Positions 33,642 through 44,485 of a stretch of DNA of 64,000 bases are shown piece after piece (the stretch's first letter is position 1; each line of letters opens with the position of its first letter). The notes under the pieces were generated by a model. That model ran no database searches, was not told the DNA's origin, and worked only from the letters and a program-made list of their open reading frames with translations. Both the position numbers and the translations under genes were made by a program. The stretch is from Phyllobates terribilis (taxonomy: Eukaryota): positions 176,514,001 through 176,578,000 of the forward strand of contig NW_027362769.1 of assembly GCF_046119375.1 (NCBI RefSeq), read 5' to 3'.

Positions 33642-34276
33642 TTAAGGCAGAATATATGGAACTTTCATTATCACTTGTGCTTAGGATAGGCAATGAAGGT
33701 TTGACCTCTTTGGCTCCTTCAAAAGATTGTTGGGTCCAAAATTTTTTTTTAAAAACATGTCTTCCAACTCCTAAATCTATAGTAAAGTACAGCTCCTTAT
33801 AGGATTTTTACTTTAAAAATCCGCTGGATTGATTTTCGAGAAAACTATATGTTTATATGCAAATGAGGTACTCAGAACATTGTGGGCAGGGCCAGCGCAA
33901 CTTTTCTCTGACAGTTTTGCCAGCTAGCTCCTCCCCTTCTGCTTTGATTGACAGTGTAATGTTTACTTGAGCCAGCACTGCTACCATTCGCAACATTGTA
34001 GCATGTGCAGAACAGAGAGTCGGCTAACGCCCAGAGAAAGGCTGCTTTGCACATGCACCAATTTTGGGATCAACTGCTCATACCTGGGATTACAATGCAG
34101 CAATAGTGGAGCCGACCAGCCACCGATACTGCTGGAGGAAGGGTGCAGCCCAATAAATGATGGTGACGGCACCTCATAAAAAACTTAAGATTTTCTCTAA
34201 AACTTTCAACTTTTTAAACTTAAGATCCTTCTCATTGCAAGAACACAAAGATTGCAGAGAGACAAACTTCTTTTAA

Positions 34277-34613
34277 ATGGAACCTGGCAGTAGATTCATA
34301 CTGTCCGATCCACAGACAGCAAGAATCAGATTGCTGGAAAAAAAATGTTTTAATCTGAAATGCTGCGAAATTTTAAAGAAAAAAATACTTTGAAAATCAG
34401 TCTGGGAACATGGATCATTATTAGTCCAAATATTTCCCCAAGACTGACAAGTCTCCCCCTAGACACACACATAGGAAGAGACCTGTCAATCATGTGGTGT
34501 TGGGCGGAGATGTCATCCAAGTCACATGGTTCCCAGCCGGCTTTTTCTAACTCCCGTTTCTTTGCAACTTTACAGCGTGGTTCGAGCAGTGGGGATCTAC
34601 TGTCGAGTTCCCT
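34277..34613. mobile_element. T2/Kolobok-type MITE
   Basis: TTAA on both sides (34273-76 and 34614-17). TIR ATGGAACCTGGCAGTAGATTC matches the reverse complement of the right end, AGGGAACTCGACAGTAGATCC. Confidence 0.65.
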
Positions 34614-35843
34614 TTAAGCACCGTTCTGTTAGCAATGACAGTGGACATCGGACCGCAATCAATTAAATATTTGTGGTCTATCCTAAAAATAAGTTATCAA
34701 TTTTAATTTTTTTTTATGGAGAACCTCTATATTAATACCCATTAAATAAATGTAGGATACGACTATGAAAAGTTATAAGAAAAAAAAAGTTACGAAAAGT
34801 TAAAAGCACCTTCCTAAAAGTAAATAAATAAATAAATTCCCTTCCATTAGCTCCACATCCGATGTCTAAACGGTCTTACATTCCATGCAAATAATTTGCT
34901 TTCAGTCTAATTGTCTCAGGCCTTTTTCCAAATCGCTGTTCTTCATTCATTTTCACACTCGTCGGAAAATGCTCATCATTTCTGCCCTTTAGAAAAACAG
35001 ATTTCCAAAGTTCCTGCTTGTTATGTTTTGGCACAACAAAAGGTCAACGTTAACTTTTTTCTCTAAACATAAGGCTTGCATCATCTCTCCTCCCTGGGCT
35101 CCTGTGTTAGATTTTATCTTAAGGGAGGCAAAAAAAAGAAAAGATTTTACCCAGAAAGTGTCATGAGAGGAACAGAGCTGAATCCGTCATTTAAAGGGAA
35201 CCCCCCCGACAAGGAGACACAAAGTAGAAAAATCAAAGAACCGATGGATCCACTTTGGTTCCTATTGGTAGTTTATCTTCCAAGGGAGAAATCGCCTAGA
35301 AGTCTTCATGCTTTATATACCCCAAAAAAGCCATTCTAATCACTCCAGCTTCACAACGAGAGAACTGCATGTAGACTCACTCCTAAATTATATTTCTACA
35401 TGTTGTATGACGGTCTCTCACAAACAAGGTCCTACAGCAATGCATGAAACAACAAAATAGGAGAACTTTACACTTTTCTTAAATCTTAAATCTTTCTTAA
35501 AGATTTTTTTTATAGGATTATCTTATAAAAAAAAATATTTGCAATGAATTAAATTACTTTTTCCAAATTTTCACTTATTCTTCTATTTTTCTTCTACACC
35601 TATTGCGAACTGGAAATCATCAGCAAGCCCAAGAGTTTCTTAAAATTACATCTTTATGGTTCCAGATATTTGGGCCTTTTTAGTACTATTTTTTTATGAA
35701 CCATAGCTCACTAAATAAAAACAAGCCCTCATACAGCTTACAAAGGAAACATAAAAAATGTACCGGTGTCAAAAAAATCGGAAAATCGTGACACAAACCA
35801 ATTTTTTTTTTTTTGAAGTTCAGAATTTTTTAAGCCACTAATA

Positions 35844-36872
35844 TGTGGCACCCCAGGGGTCTGGTTTCCACAGTAATAGCAATATTACGTCTGTGAGCAG
35901 GTGGGAGGTTTCCTGGTCAGACATCCTATGCATGCCACACCTCCTGCCCAGTCCTGGGAGGGGAAGAACTTCCCCTATATAAAGCTGGGGCTGAGGCAGG
36001 GTTAGAGAGTAGAGAAAGAGCAGAGAACACAGACAGAGACACAGTCTGGTCTGTGGTGGAGCAGCTTTAGGAACAAGAAAGATCAGGAGCTCTGTGGGAG
36101 CGGTGTTAAAAGAGATCAGGGGCTGGAAGCTGTAGAGCTCGCCCTGATTGAAGAGTTCTTACCGGACCCGGAGTCCGAGGCTGTGGGGACTAATCCTTAC
36201 CCAGCAGCAGAAACCGCCCGGCAGGGGATTTCAGGTCCTCTGGCCAAGAAACCCGAAGGCACGGTCACACGCAAGGGACCAGCACCGCGACGTGGAGCGG
36301 AAGCTACCAAAAGGCCCCGAGTCACCGGCCATACGGGTGAGCACCACACGGTACACTCAGGGACGTGGGCTACTTTTACCCGCCTCTAGCAAGGTAGCCA
36401 GAAGAGTACGATTAGTTGGGGAGGCCTACAACTCCGCCTGGCCAGGGGAGATCCCATCAGCTCACGGACTGACCAGGCCCCGATCGCTAGCCAGTACTCC
36501 GGGAGGGTCTATCTTGTCACCAGTAAAGACCCTGAACTACACCGCACCGTCTCTGAGTGGTTCCTGCTACCCCCTTCAAACACGTCGGCTGCCCTGAGGC
36601 CATACCCCTCCCGTTGGGGGTTCTACCAGCTACGCTGCACAACCTTACCACCGGCCTCAGTGGTCTGCCCTGCAGCGGTGGCTTCATAGCCGCATTCAAC
36701 GGGTGGCGTAGTCGAACACCGTACCATCTTCTGCTAAACACTGCCGCTCAGTTTGACTCCCTGGGCACGGACCGGGTCACCGCCACGAGACTACTACCCC
36801 CATCTGATCCGGCTCCGGGTAAGCCCCCGTGCGCGCGATGCCGCACGACACAGCAGGCCCAGGGGCGCGTCA
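35844..36872 (+). mobile_element. Solo LTR of the same Gypsy family (1029 bp)
   Basis: TG...CA termini as in the first solo LTR, TSD AATA (35840-43 and 36873-76), high similarity to 32280-33302. Confidence 0.95.
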
Positions 36873-36947
36873 AATATATATATGAAAAGTTTTATCCAGG
36901 TGTGGAAAAAATGCTGCAGCATAAGAAGCTTTCATAAATAGAAGTGT

Positions 36948-37563
36948 CCATCATTAGTATCTAGTGACCACCCATTGCCTCCATCATCAGTATCTGGTGA
37001 CCGCCCGATGCCTCCATCATCAGTATCTGATGACCACCCATCACCTCCATCATCAGTATCTGGTGACCGCCCGTCACCTCCATCATCATTATCTGGTGAC
37101 CGCCCGTCACCTCCATCATCAGTATCTGGTGACTGCCTGTCCCCTCCATCATCAGTATCTGGTGACCGCCCGTCACCTCCATCATCAGTATCTGGTGACT
37201 GCCTGTCCCCTCCATCATCAGTATCTGGGGACCGCCTGTCTCCTCCATCATCAGTATCTAGTGACCGCCCATTGCCTCCATCATCAGTATCTGGTGACCG
37301 CCCGTCACCTCCATCATCATTATCTGGTGAACGCCCGTCACCTCCATCAGCAGTATCTGGTGACCGCCGGTCACCTCCATCATCAGTATCTGGGGACCGC
37401 CGGTCGCCTCCATCATCAGTATCTGGTGACCGCCCGTCACCTTCATAATCAGTATCTGGTGACCGCCTGTCACCTCCATCATCCATATCTAGGGACCGCC
37501 GGTCACCTCCATCATCAGTATCTGGTGACCGCCCATCTCCTCCGTCATCAGCATCTGGTGACT
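36948..37563. repeat. 33-bp minisatellite, about 18-19 units (CCATCATCAGTATCTGGTGACCGCCCGTCACCT)
   Basis: Direct tandem periodicity. The ORF track shows 11-aa repeats in several frames. Confidence 0.95.
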
Positions 37564-37579
37564 GCTCATCACTTCCATC

Positions 37580-37912
37580 ACTTCTTCTCATCACTTGTAC
37601 ACTGGTTATGGAGGATCTCGGCCGGAGGTTGTTCCAAACTTCTTGGAGAACGGACCCCAGATCTTCTGTGTATGAGGCTTGTGCGGATCCTTCTGTCTTT
37701 CCATATGATCCCAGACAGACGGGATGATGGGAGATCAGGACTCTGTGGAGCTGGATCATCACTTCCAGGACTCCTCGATCTTAATGACTTTGGCTTGATG
37801 TTGGGTGTCGTTATCCGACTGCAGAATAAATTTGGAGCCAATGAGACGCCTCCAGTTGGTATTACATGATGGAGAAGTATCTGCCTGGATTTCTCAGCAT
37901 TGAGGACATCAA
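37580..37912 (-). pseudogene. Frameshifted Tc1-type DDE transposase, C-terminal fragment
   Basis: Minus-strand fragments in shifting frames: VLNAEK.RQIL.HH.IP, FILQSDND, PQSPDL and TEDL..VLQEVWNNL. These match Tc1 transposase motifs (QQDND, WPxQSPDL, WNxL). Confidence 0.8.
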
Positions 37913-39365
37913 GGAATAGACATTGTTGAGAACCATAGACTCAGTAGTTGACTAAGGAAACTTAGTGCTGCAGATGAGACACAATGTTACTTTCCTTCTA
38001 AATCGGAAGATGTCCAGCAGTGCCATCAACTCAGAACTGGCAGTGACCAGTGGGACCAGCTACACCCATCTACACCCATCTACACCCATCTAGTGTTTGG
38101 AGTAGTCTGGCCAGAAGTCGTCTTTTTTTCTGTAGCAGGACAGCAACACCATATACTGATAAGATTTACATTTCTCTTTTCTACATTCACTTTGCATTTT
38201 ATGAATTGATAAAAATGAACTATTATCACTTCTATTTTTGAAAGCTACTGATTTTGCAGTATTTTTTTTTCCACACCCACATAACATATTTGCACAATTC
38301 TGTACCTTAGGTTGGTGATCAAGTTTCCATTTGCACAACACAATCAATGTCGTGAAACTGAAACCCAAAGGTCAATGGCAGAATTGCGATTTTTTTCACC
38401 TTCAGGCGTTCTCCAATGCAATGTGACGCCCGGGTCGACTGTCCCTTTAATCACCTTTTAGGGAGACCATTAGCTGTGGTCGTATCTCTTACAAGTGTTG
38501 ATTCATAAGTGGTAAAGGAATGGTGACTTATAAAAATTCGGACACAGAAAACTTTCCTTCCTGTTTGAGAACAGCTGTTTTCCTCCGAGACTCATCAAGA
38601 GTTGCCTCGGCCTCATCATGGGCCATATTTAGAAGAAAAAAAAAATCCCACACATATTTCCAGTGTGTGGTCTCGAGCTATTAGTAAGGAAAAAAAGAGA
38701 AGATTCCTGTTGTTAATTGGTAAATTTGTCCCCGGGGCTGCAGAGCAACCTACAAACGTTTAGTCGACCCTCAGCGAATAAGGTAAATTGCTAAATATAC
38801 AGAATGCAAGGAAAATTATCTACAGGAAAAGGTGGAGAAAAAAATAGCAAAATAATAAGGCAAGGGCCAAAAATTACCAAATATGACTGCCCTTTACTGT
38901 GATTGACAGTCTTAAAAAATAGGCAACTTCAGGTGGTAACACTGGAGGGTGTGAATATTTATATTCCAGTAATTATAATCGTAGGCAAACTGATAAAATG
39001 TTCAAAAGGTCTGACATGGTGTTTGCAACTCCTCCTTGTGTTATGGTCCAGCTCCGTTTTCTGCACTTTGCTCATCACTCCTGAGCACCACCGCGGCCAG
39101 TAAACTTGTGCACATGGCCCTGTAGACATTGCCCGAACGTCAGACTTCAGTCCCTCCTGTTACTTATTCTGGTTAGGAGCCGAAGCTCATTGTGTATCAG
39201 TATTAGTCCTTGCTTCAAGGGTAGCTGTCAGCAGCTTGTAGACCTTAAACTGACAACATCTATGTAATGATCATGTCTAGACCTTGGAATTATAAGTCCT
39301 TTTCTCTAGAAATCAATCGGCAAAAGTTAATTCAACTAAGTTCGCAAGTGCAGGGGGCTTAGCCA

Positions 39366-40602
39366 CATTATACCTGAAAGGGGCCCAGGATTGGAGACAT
39401 TATTACAGGAGGGGGCCAGGATCAAGGATATTATACCTGGAAGGGGCCGAGGATGAGGGACATTTTTACAGGAAGGGGCCAGGATCAGGGACATTATACC
39501 TGGAAGGGGGACATTATTACAGGAAGGGGCTAGAATCGGGGGGACATTATACCTGGAGGGGCCCAGGATGGGTGACATTATTACAGGAAGGGACCAGGAT
39601 CGGGGACATTATACCTGGAGGGGCCCAGGATGGGTGACATTATTATAGGAAGGGGCCAGGATCAGGGGCATTATTACAGGATTGGTCCTGGATAGGGGAC
39701 ATTATTACAGGAAGGGGCCATAATTGGGGACATTATACCTGTAAGGAGCCCAGGATGGGGAACATTATACCTGGAGGGGCCAGGATTGGGGGCATTATAC
39801 CTGGAGGGGCCTAGGATGGGTGACATTATTACAGGAAGGGGCCAGGATCAAGGACATTATTACAGGAAGGGCCAGGATCAGGGGCATTATTTAAGGATTG
39901 GTCCTGGATAGGGGACATTATTACAGGAAGGGGCCAGAATTGGGGTCATTATACCTGGATGGGGCCCAGGTTGGGGAACATTATTACAGGAAGGGACCAG
40001 GATAGGGGACATTATTACAGGAAGGGGCTAGGATGGGTGACATTATTTATTTGTTTTACTCACTTATATAGTGCCATTAATTCCACAGCGCTTTACAGAC
40101 ACTATCGGCACAGTTCCCATTGGAGCTCTCAATCTAGATTCCCTATCAGTGTGTCTTTGGAGTGTGGGAGGAAACATGAGAACCCGGAGGAAACTCACGC
40201 AAACACGGGGAGAACATACAAACTCTTTGCAGATGTTGTCCTTGGTGGGATTTGAACCCAGGACCCCAGCGCTGCAATGCTGCCCATTATACCTGGAAGG
40301 GGCCCAGGATGGAGGACATTGTTACAGGAAGGGGGCAGGATCGGGGACATTATACCTGGAAGAGGCCCAGGATGGGGGACATTATACCTAAAAGAGGCCC
40401 AGGATGGGGGACATTATTACAGGAAGGCGCCAGGATCGGGAACATCATTCCAGGATGGGGGACATTGTTACATGAGAGGGTGAACACGTATGTCTTCACA
40501 GAATCTAGAACGCTACAAGGGCCCATACATCTGACGAACATGCAGGTTTGGGCATTGGTCCAAATTTTGCATGGGGCCCATCGAACTCTAGTTACGCCAC
40601 TG
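39366..40602. mobile_element. Non-autonomous DNA-transposon-like remnant (hAT-like right terminus) filled with a ~31-33-bp G-rich minisatellite
   Basis: Units GGACATTATTACAGGAAGGGGCCAGGATCG and GGACATTATACCTGGAGGGGCCCAGGATGG from 39366 to ~40470. Right end GGGGCCC...TAGTTACGCCACTG resembles CAGTGGCGTAACTA termini. No matching left terminus was seen. Confidence 0.5.
40047..40284 (-). mobile_element. 5'-truncated tRNA-derived SINE (V-SINE-like) with an L2-like 3' tail
   Basis: B-box GGTTCAAATCC (reverse complement at 40248-58), central GTTTGTATGTTCTCCCCGTGTTTGCGTG, tail GTAAAGCGCTG...GCACTATATAA. CATTAT flanks both sides (possible TSD). Confidence 0.75.
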
Positions 40603-40999
40603 GCTAAGCCCCCTGCACTTGTGAGCTCATTTACATAAACATTCACAAATGGATTTCTAGGAAACTGACTCATAATACAAAGGTAGAGATGTCACTCATC
40701 AACATTTCAGATGCTTTACGTAAAGAACATTAGTTTAGGGTCGAAAAATCAGCTGACAGGTTCCTTTAAGATTTATTTCTACTGGTTACTTTTTTATTGG
40801 AATCTCTGATCTTGACCTCGCTCTGTCCTGTAGCTACAGGTTGGATCTGCCCTCCGATTCTTGACTTTCTTCTTGACATTGACCATGGGCTATTCTGAAT
40901 CAATCATCTGTAATTTCATCACGCCGTACTGAAATCCCTATAGGCATTGTTTCTACCAATCTATGACCACTCCATGGGCATCAATCTGGGGAGCTGACC

Positions 41000-41900
41000 A
41001 AGAAATGCCATAGCTTCTTGACTGGATGAAGAGTAAGGAAAGGTAAGGTTACTTAGTCTGGTTAGTAACGGCAAACTGGCTGTAACACCTCCAATAGCCA
41101 TCGGCCAAAGGGCCATTACTCTTTACATCCCCCATACAAAAGTACATAGTCAGAAGGCCCCCATTTATTGCTCCTATATAGCAACATTCCCAGAAAGCCT
41201 CTCCGAAGAAAACAAAGTATTGATAGATACCAAGTGAGTCTTCTAACCATTGTCTTCTCTGACTAATGGAGCAATCTGGTAAACATCAATGCATCAAGAA
41301 CTAATAAAATAATCTGAAGCTGAGGTTATCTTTTGCATCTCTGTGAAGCCAAACTCATCAGGAAACCTCAAGGATCCAAACTCGGCAAAGATTCAATAAT
41401 GAGACCATAGTTTTCTTAGAAACTCGTGTAGTACACGGAAATGCTGACACGCCAAGTTCCACAAGATCGATTTAAGTCCCCATTTAACAATTTTTTGCAC
41501 TTATTTTTTTCTCCTTGACTTGGGTTTCGGAGGAAAAAGATGTCCTTGAGGACTAGAATAAAAATACACCTGGGTCTATCACTAGGAAGAAAACTGGCGT
41601 TAGATAGTGAAACTCGCAGCAGATGTCTTAGCGTTGACATCAGACTTGAACAGTATCTCATAGACTTCTTGTTGTCACAGCTGTAATGACTAAGCTGAAG
41701 TCTTTGGCTTTATCTGAAGTTGGCTGTTCCTTCTTAGGTGGACTCCAAGCTGAGCCAACAGCTTACTATGCGTCTGCAATGGCACTTCCATCGTTGGCCA
41801 AGTCTCCGGTCTACGCCAACCTTTCATCCACTGGGGAACGTCAACCTGATATGTCTGTAATTAAGTATAATTGGGTTACTGGAGATATCGAGTTCAGATG
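41000..41900 (-). pseudogene. Possible highly degenerate LINE-1-like ORF2 remnant
   Basis: Scattered minus-strand resemblances to L1 RT motifs (PKK..P, CDNK for LNxDxK, DLVE for FDRVEW, FPDEF). No long open frame; boundaries approximate. Confidence 0.3.
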
Positions 41901-42510
41901 TACATTTTCCTTCACTTAGATGGGAAAGGTTAATAACATAAGCCTTGGCAGAGTTTCTGTTGGATCTAGGGGAACATTATGTGGTCATATCTCAAGCAGG
42001 AGAAAGTCCATGACCTTCGATGATTTTCTAACCTCTTCCTAGTTAGACAACATTATAGTGCAAATCTATAAGCTTTTCTGACCCCTTTAATTAACAGTGA
42101 AATTCTATGAAGCCCATATGAGAAAACTCTGGGCTTCCACCCAAAGTCTTGACCACTGACGTAAGGAGCAGGTTCTTTGGTGGATTAAAGTGCCCAAGGG
42201 GTTAAGTGTACAAGCTGGGAAGTATGGCTGGGAAGACAAGAAGTTCTGACAATAGGCAGAACGTTTTAATGTTCCCCTGTGGTGAAGGATTAACCTTCCT
42301 ACCTTATGATTGCCAATTTGACAGCAAAGTTCAGTTGCTGAAATATTCATGTTCACAGCTTCACTGGAAGATTATATAGGAGGTGTGGAAGAAATGAGAA
42401 AATAAACTGAAGAGCTAAAGTACAAAGCTCTGAAATCTGTGTGCTCTGCAGCCTGGAATTGTATCCTCCTCACTGTAATTATAAGATTCATTGCAAAATG
42501 TAATCACATC

Positions 42511-43851
42511 TATAGGTGGCAGTATTATAGTAGTTATATTCTTATACATAGGGGGCAGTATTATAGTAGTTATATTCTTGTACATAGGGGCAGTATTATA
42601 GTAGTTATATTCTTGTACATAGGGAGCAGTATTATAGTAGTTATATTCTTGTACATAGGGGGCAGTATTATAGTGGTTATATTCTTGTACATAGGAGGCA
42701 GTATTATAGTAGTTATATTCTTGTACATAGGAGCAGTATTATAGTAGTTATATTCTTGTACATAGGGGCAGTATTATAGTAGTTATATTCTTGTACATAG
42801 GGAGCAGTATTATAGTAGTTATATTCTTGTACATAGGGGGCAGTATTATAGTAGTTATATTCTTGTACATAGGGAGCAGTATTATAGTGGTTATATTCTT
42901 GTACATAGGAGCAGTATTATAGTAGTTATATTCTTGTACATAGAGGGCAGTATTATAGTAGTTATATTCTTGTACATAGGGGGCAGTATTATAGTAGTTA
43001 TATTCTTGTACATAGGAGCAGTATTATAGTAGTTATATTCTTGTACATAGGAGCAGTATTATAGTAGTTATATTCTTGTACATAGAGGGCAGTATTATAG
43101 TAGTTATATTCTTGTACATAGGAGCAGTATTATAGTAGTTATATTCTTGTACATAGGGGCAGTATTATAGTAGTTATATTCTTGTACATAGGGGGCAGTA
43201 TTATAGCAGTTATATTCTTGTACATAGGGGCAGTATTATAGCAGTTATATTCTTGTACATAGGGGGCAGTATTATAGTAGTTATATTCTTGTACATAGGA
43301 GCAGTATTATAGTAGTTATATTCTTGCACATAGGGGCAGTACTATCGTAGTTATATTCTTGTACATAGGAGCAGTATTATAGTAGTTATATGCTTGTACA
43401 TAGGAGCAGCATTATAGTAGTTATATTCTTGCACATAGGGGCAGTACTATAGTAGTTATATTCTTGTACATAGGAGCAGTATTATAGTAGTTATATTCTT
43501 GTACATAGGAGCAGTATTATAGTAGTTATATTCTTGCACATAGGGGCAGTACTATAGTAGTTATATTCTTGTACATAGGAGCAGTATTATAGTAATTATA
43601 TTCTTTTACATAGGAGCAGTATTATAGTAGTTATATTCTTGTACATAGGAGCAGTATTATAGTAGTTATATTCTTGTACATAGGGGGCAGTATTATAGTA
43701 GTTATATTCTTGTACATAGGAGCAGTATTATAGTAGTTATATTCTTGTACATAGGGAGCAGTATTATAGTAATTATATTCTTGAACATAGGAGCAGTATT
43801 ATGGTAGTTATATTCTTGTACATAGGGGGCAGTATTATGATAGTTTTATTC
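42511..43851 (-). repeat. Second array of the 35-bp satellite, inverted orientation, about 38 monomers
   Basis: Units ATAGGGGCAGTATTATAGTAGTTATATTCTTGTAC are the reverse complement of the first array. The right end decays. Confidence 0.97.
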
Positions 43852-44485
43852 TGCTATATAATGGATATTATTATAGTAGGTTTGGTCTATAAACAGTGAT
43901 AGAAGACAGTTTTAGAGGGTCCCTGTTTTTTTTATTCCTGGTTAGTATTCCTGTTTTTAGTAAGTTGCCAAAACTGGAGAACATAATAGATTTTTTTGTG
44001 TAGTTGTTTAGGCCATTTTACATAACTAAAATTTATTTTATTATTTTTGCTGTTTATTCCCATTTTTACTGTGAAATATTAATTGTCAAACTTTTTATTC
44101 CTCATGACACGCTCATGATAAGACGCAGGAAGAAATGAAGACAGGACAACATGAAGATGATGGAGGATTCTTTTAGGAAAATAATAACTGGCCTCTTAAA
44201 TTAAAACCATGTCCTAAGCTGTACCTCATATTGAAAATAAATAAGATCTCATTTATCTCTGGCTGTTTCTAAGTGTCTCCCATCTGTTTCTTATTTTTTT
44301 CCTACTATGTGAAAAAAAGGGAAAAATTGGGTTTGAAACTCTAAAAGCTGCGAATGTAACAATCGACATTTAAAAAAGTTTTTTTTCATCACAGACATTG
44401 GTGCATATCGCTCAGAGGTCTGACCATTGCCACCTTGCCACTCACTTTTTTTCAACATGACTCTCAGACAGTTGCCCAGCTACTC

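Larger units (their letters stand above)
36877..38302 (-). mobile_element. Degenerate, internally deleted Tc1/mariner element
   Basis: Left end AAAAGTTTTATCCAGGTGTGGAAAAAATGCTGCA...GCTTTCATAAATAGAAGTG is the inverted counterpart of right end CACTTCTATTTTTGAAAGC...TTTTCCACACC...TTTGCACAATTCTG, which is followed by TA. A transposase remnant lies inside. The left terminal ~10 bp are not recognisable. Confidence 0.75.

Noticed and set aside
36932-37869. His-rich, Ser/Pro-rich and Asp/Gly-rich ORFs as a host gene exon
   Set aside because: They are explained by the 33-bp minisatellite plus the Tc1 remnant, and no splice or gene context was seen.
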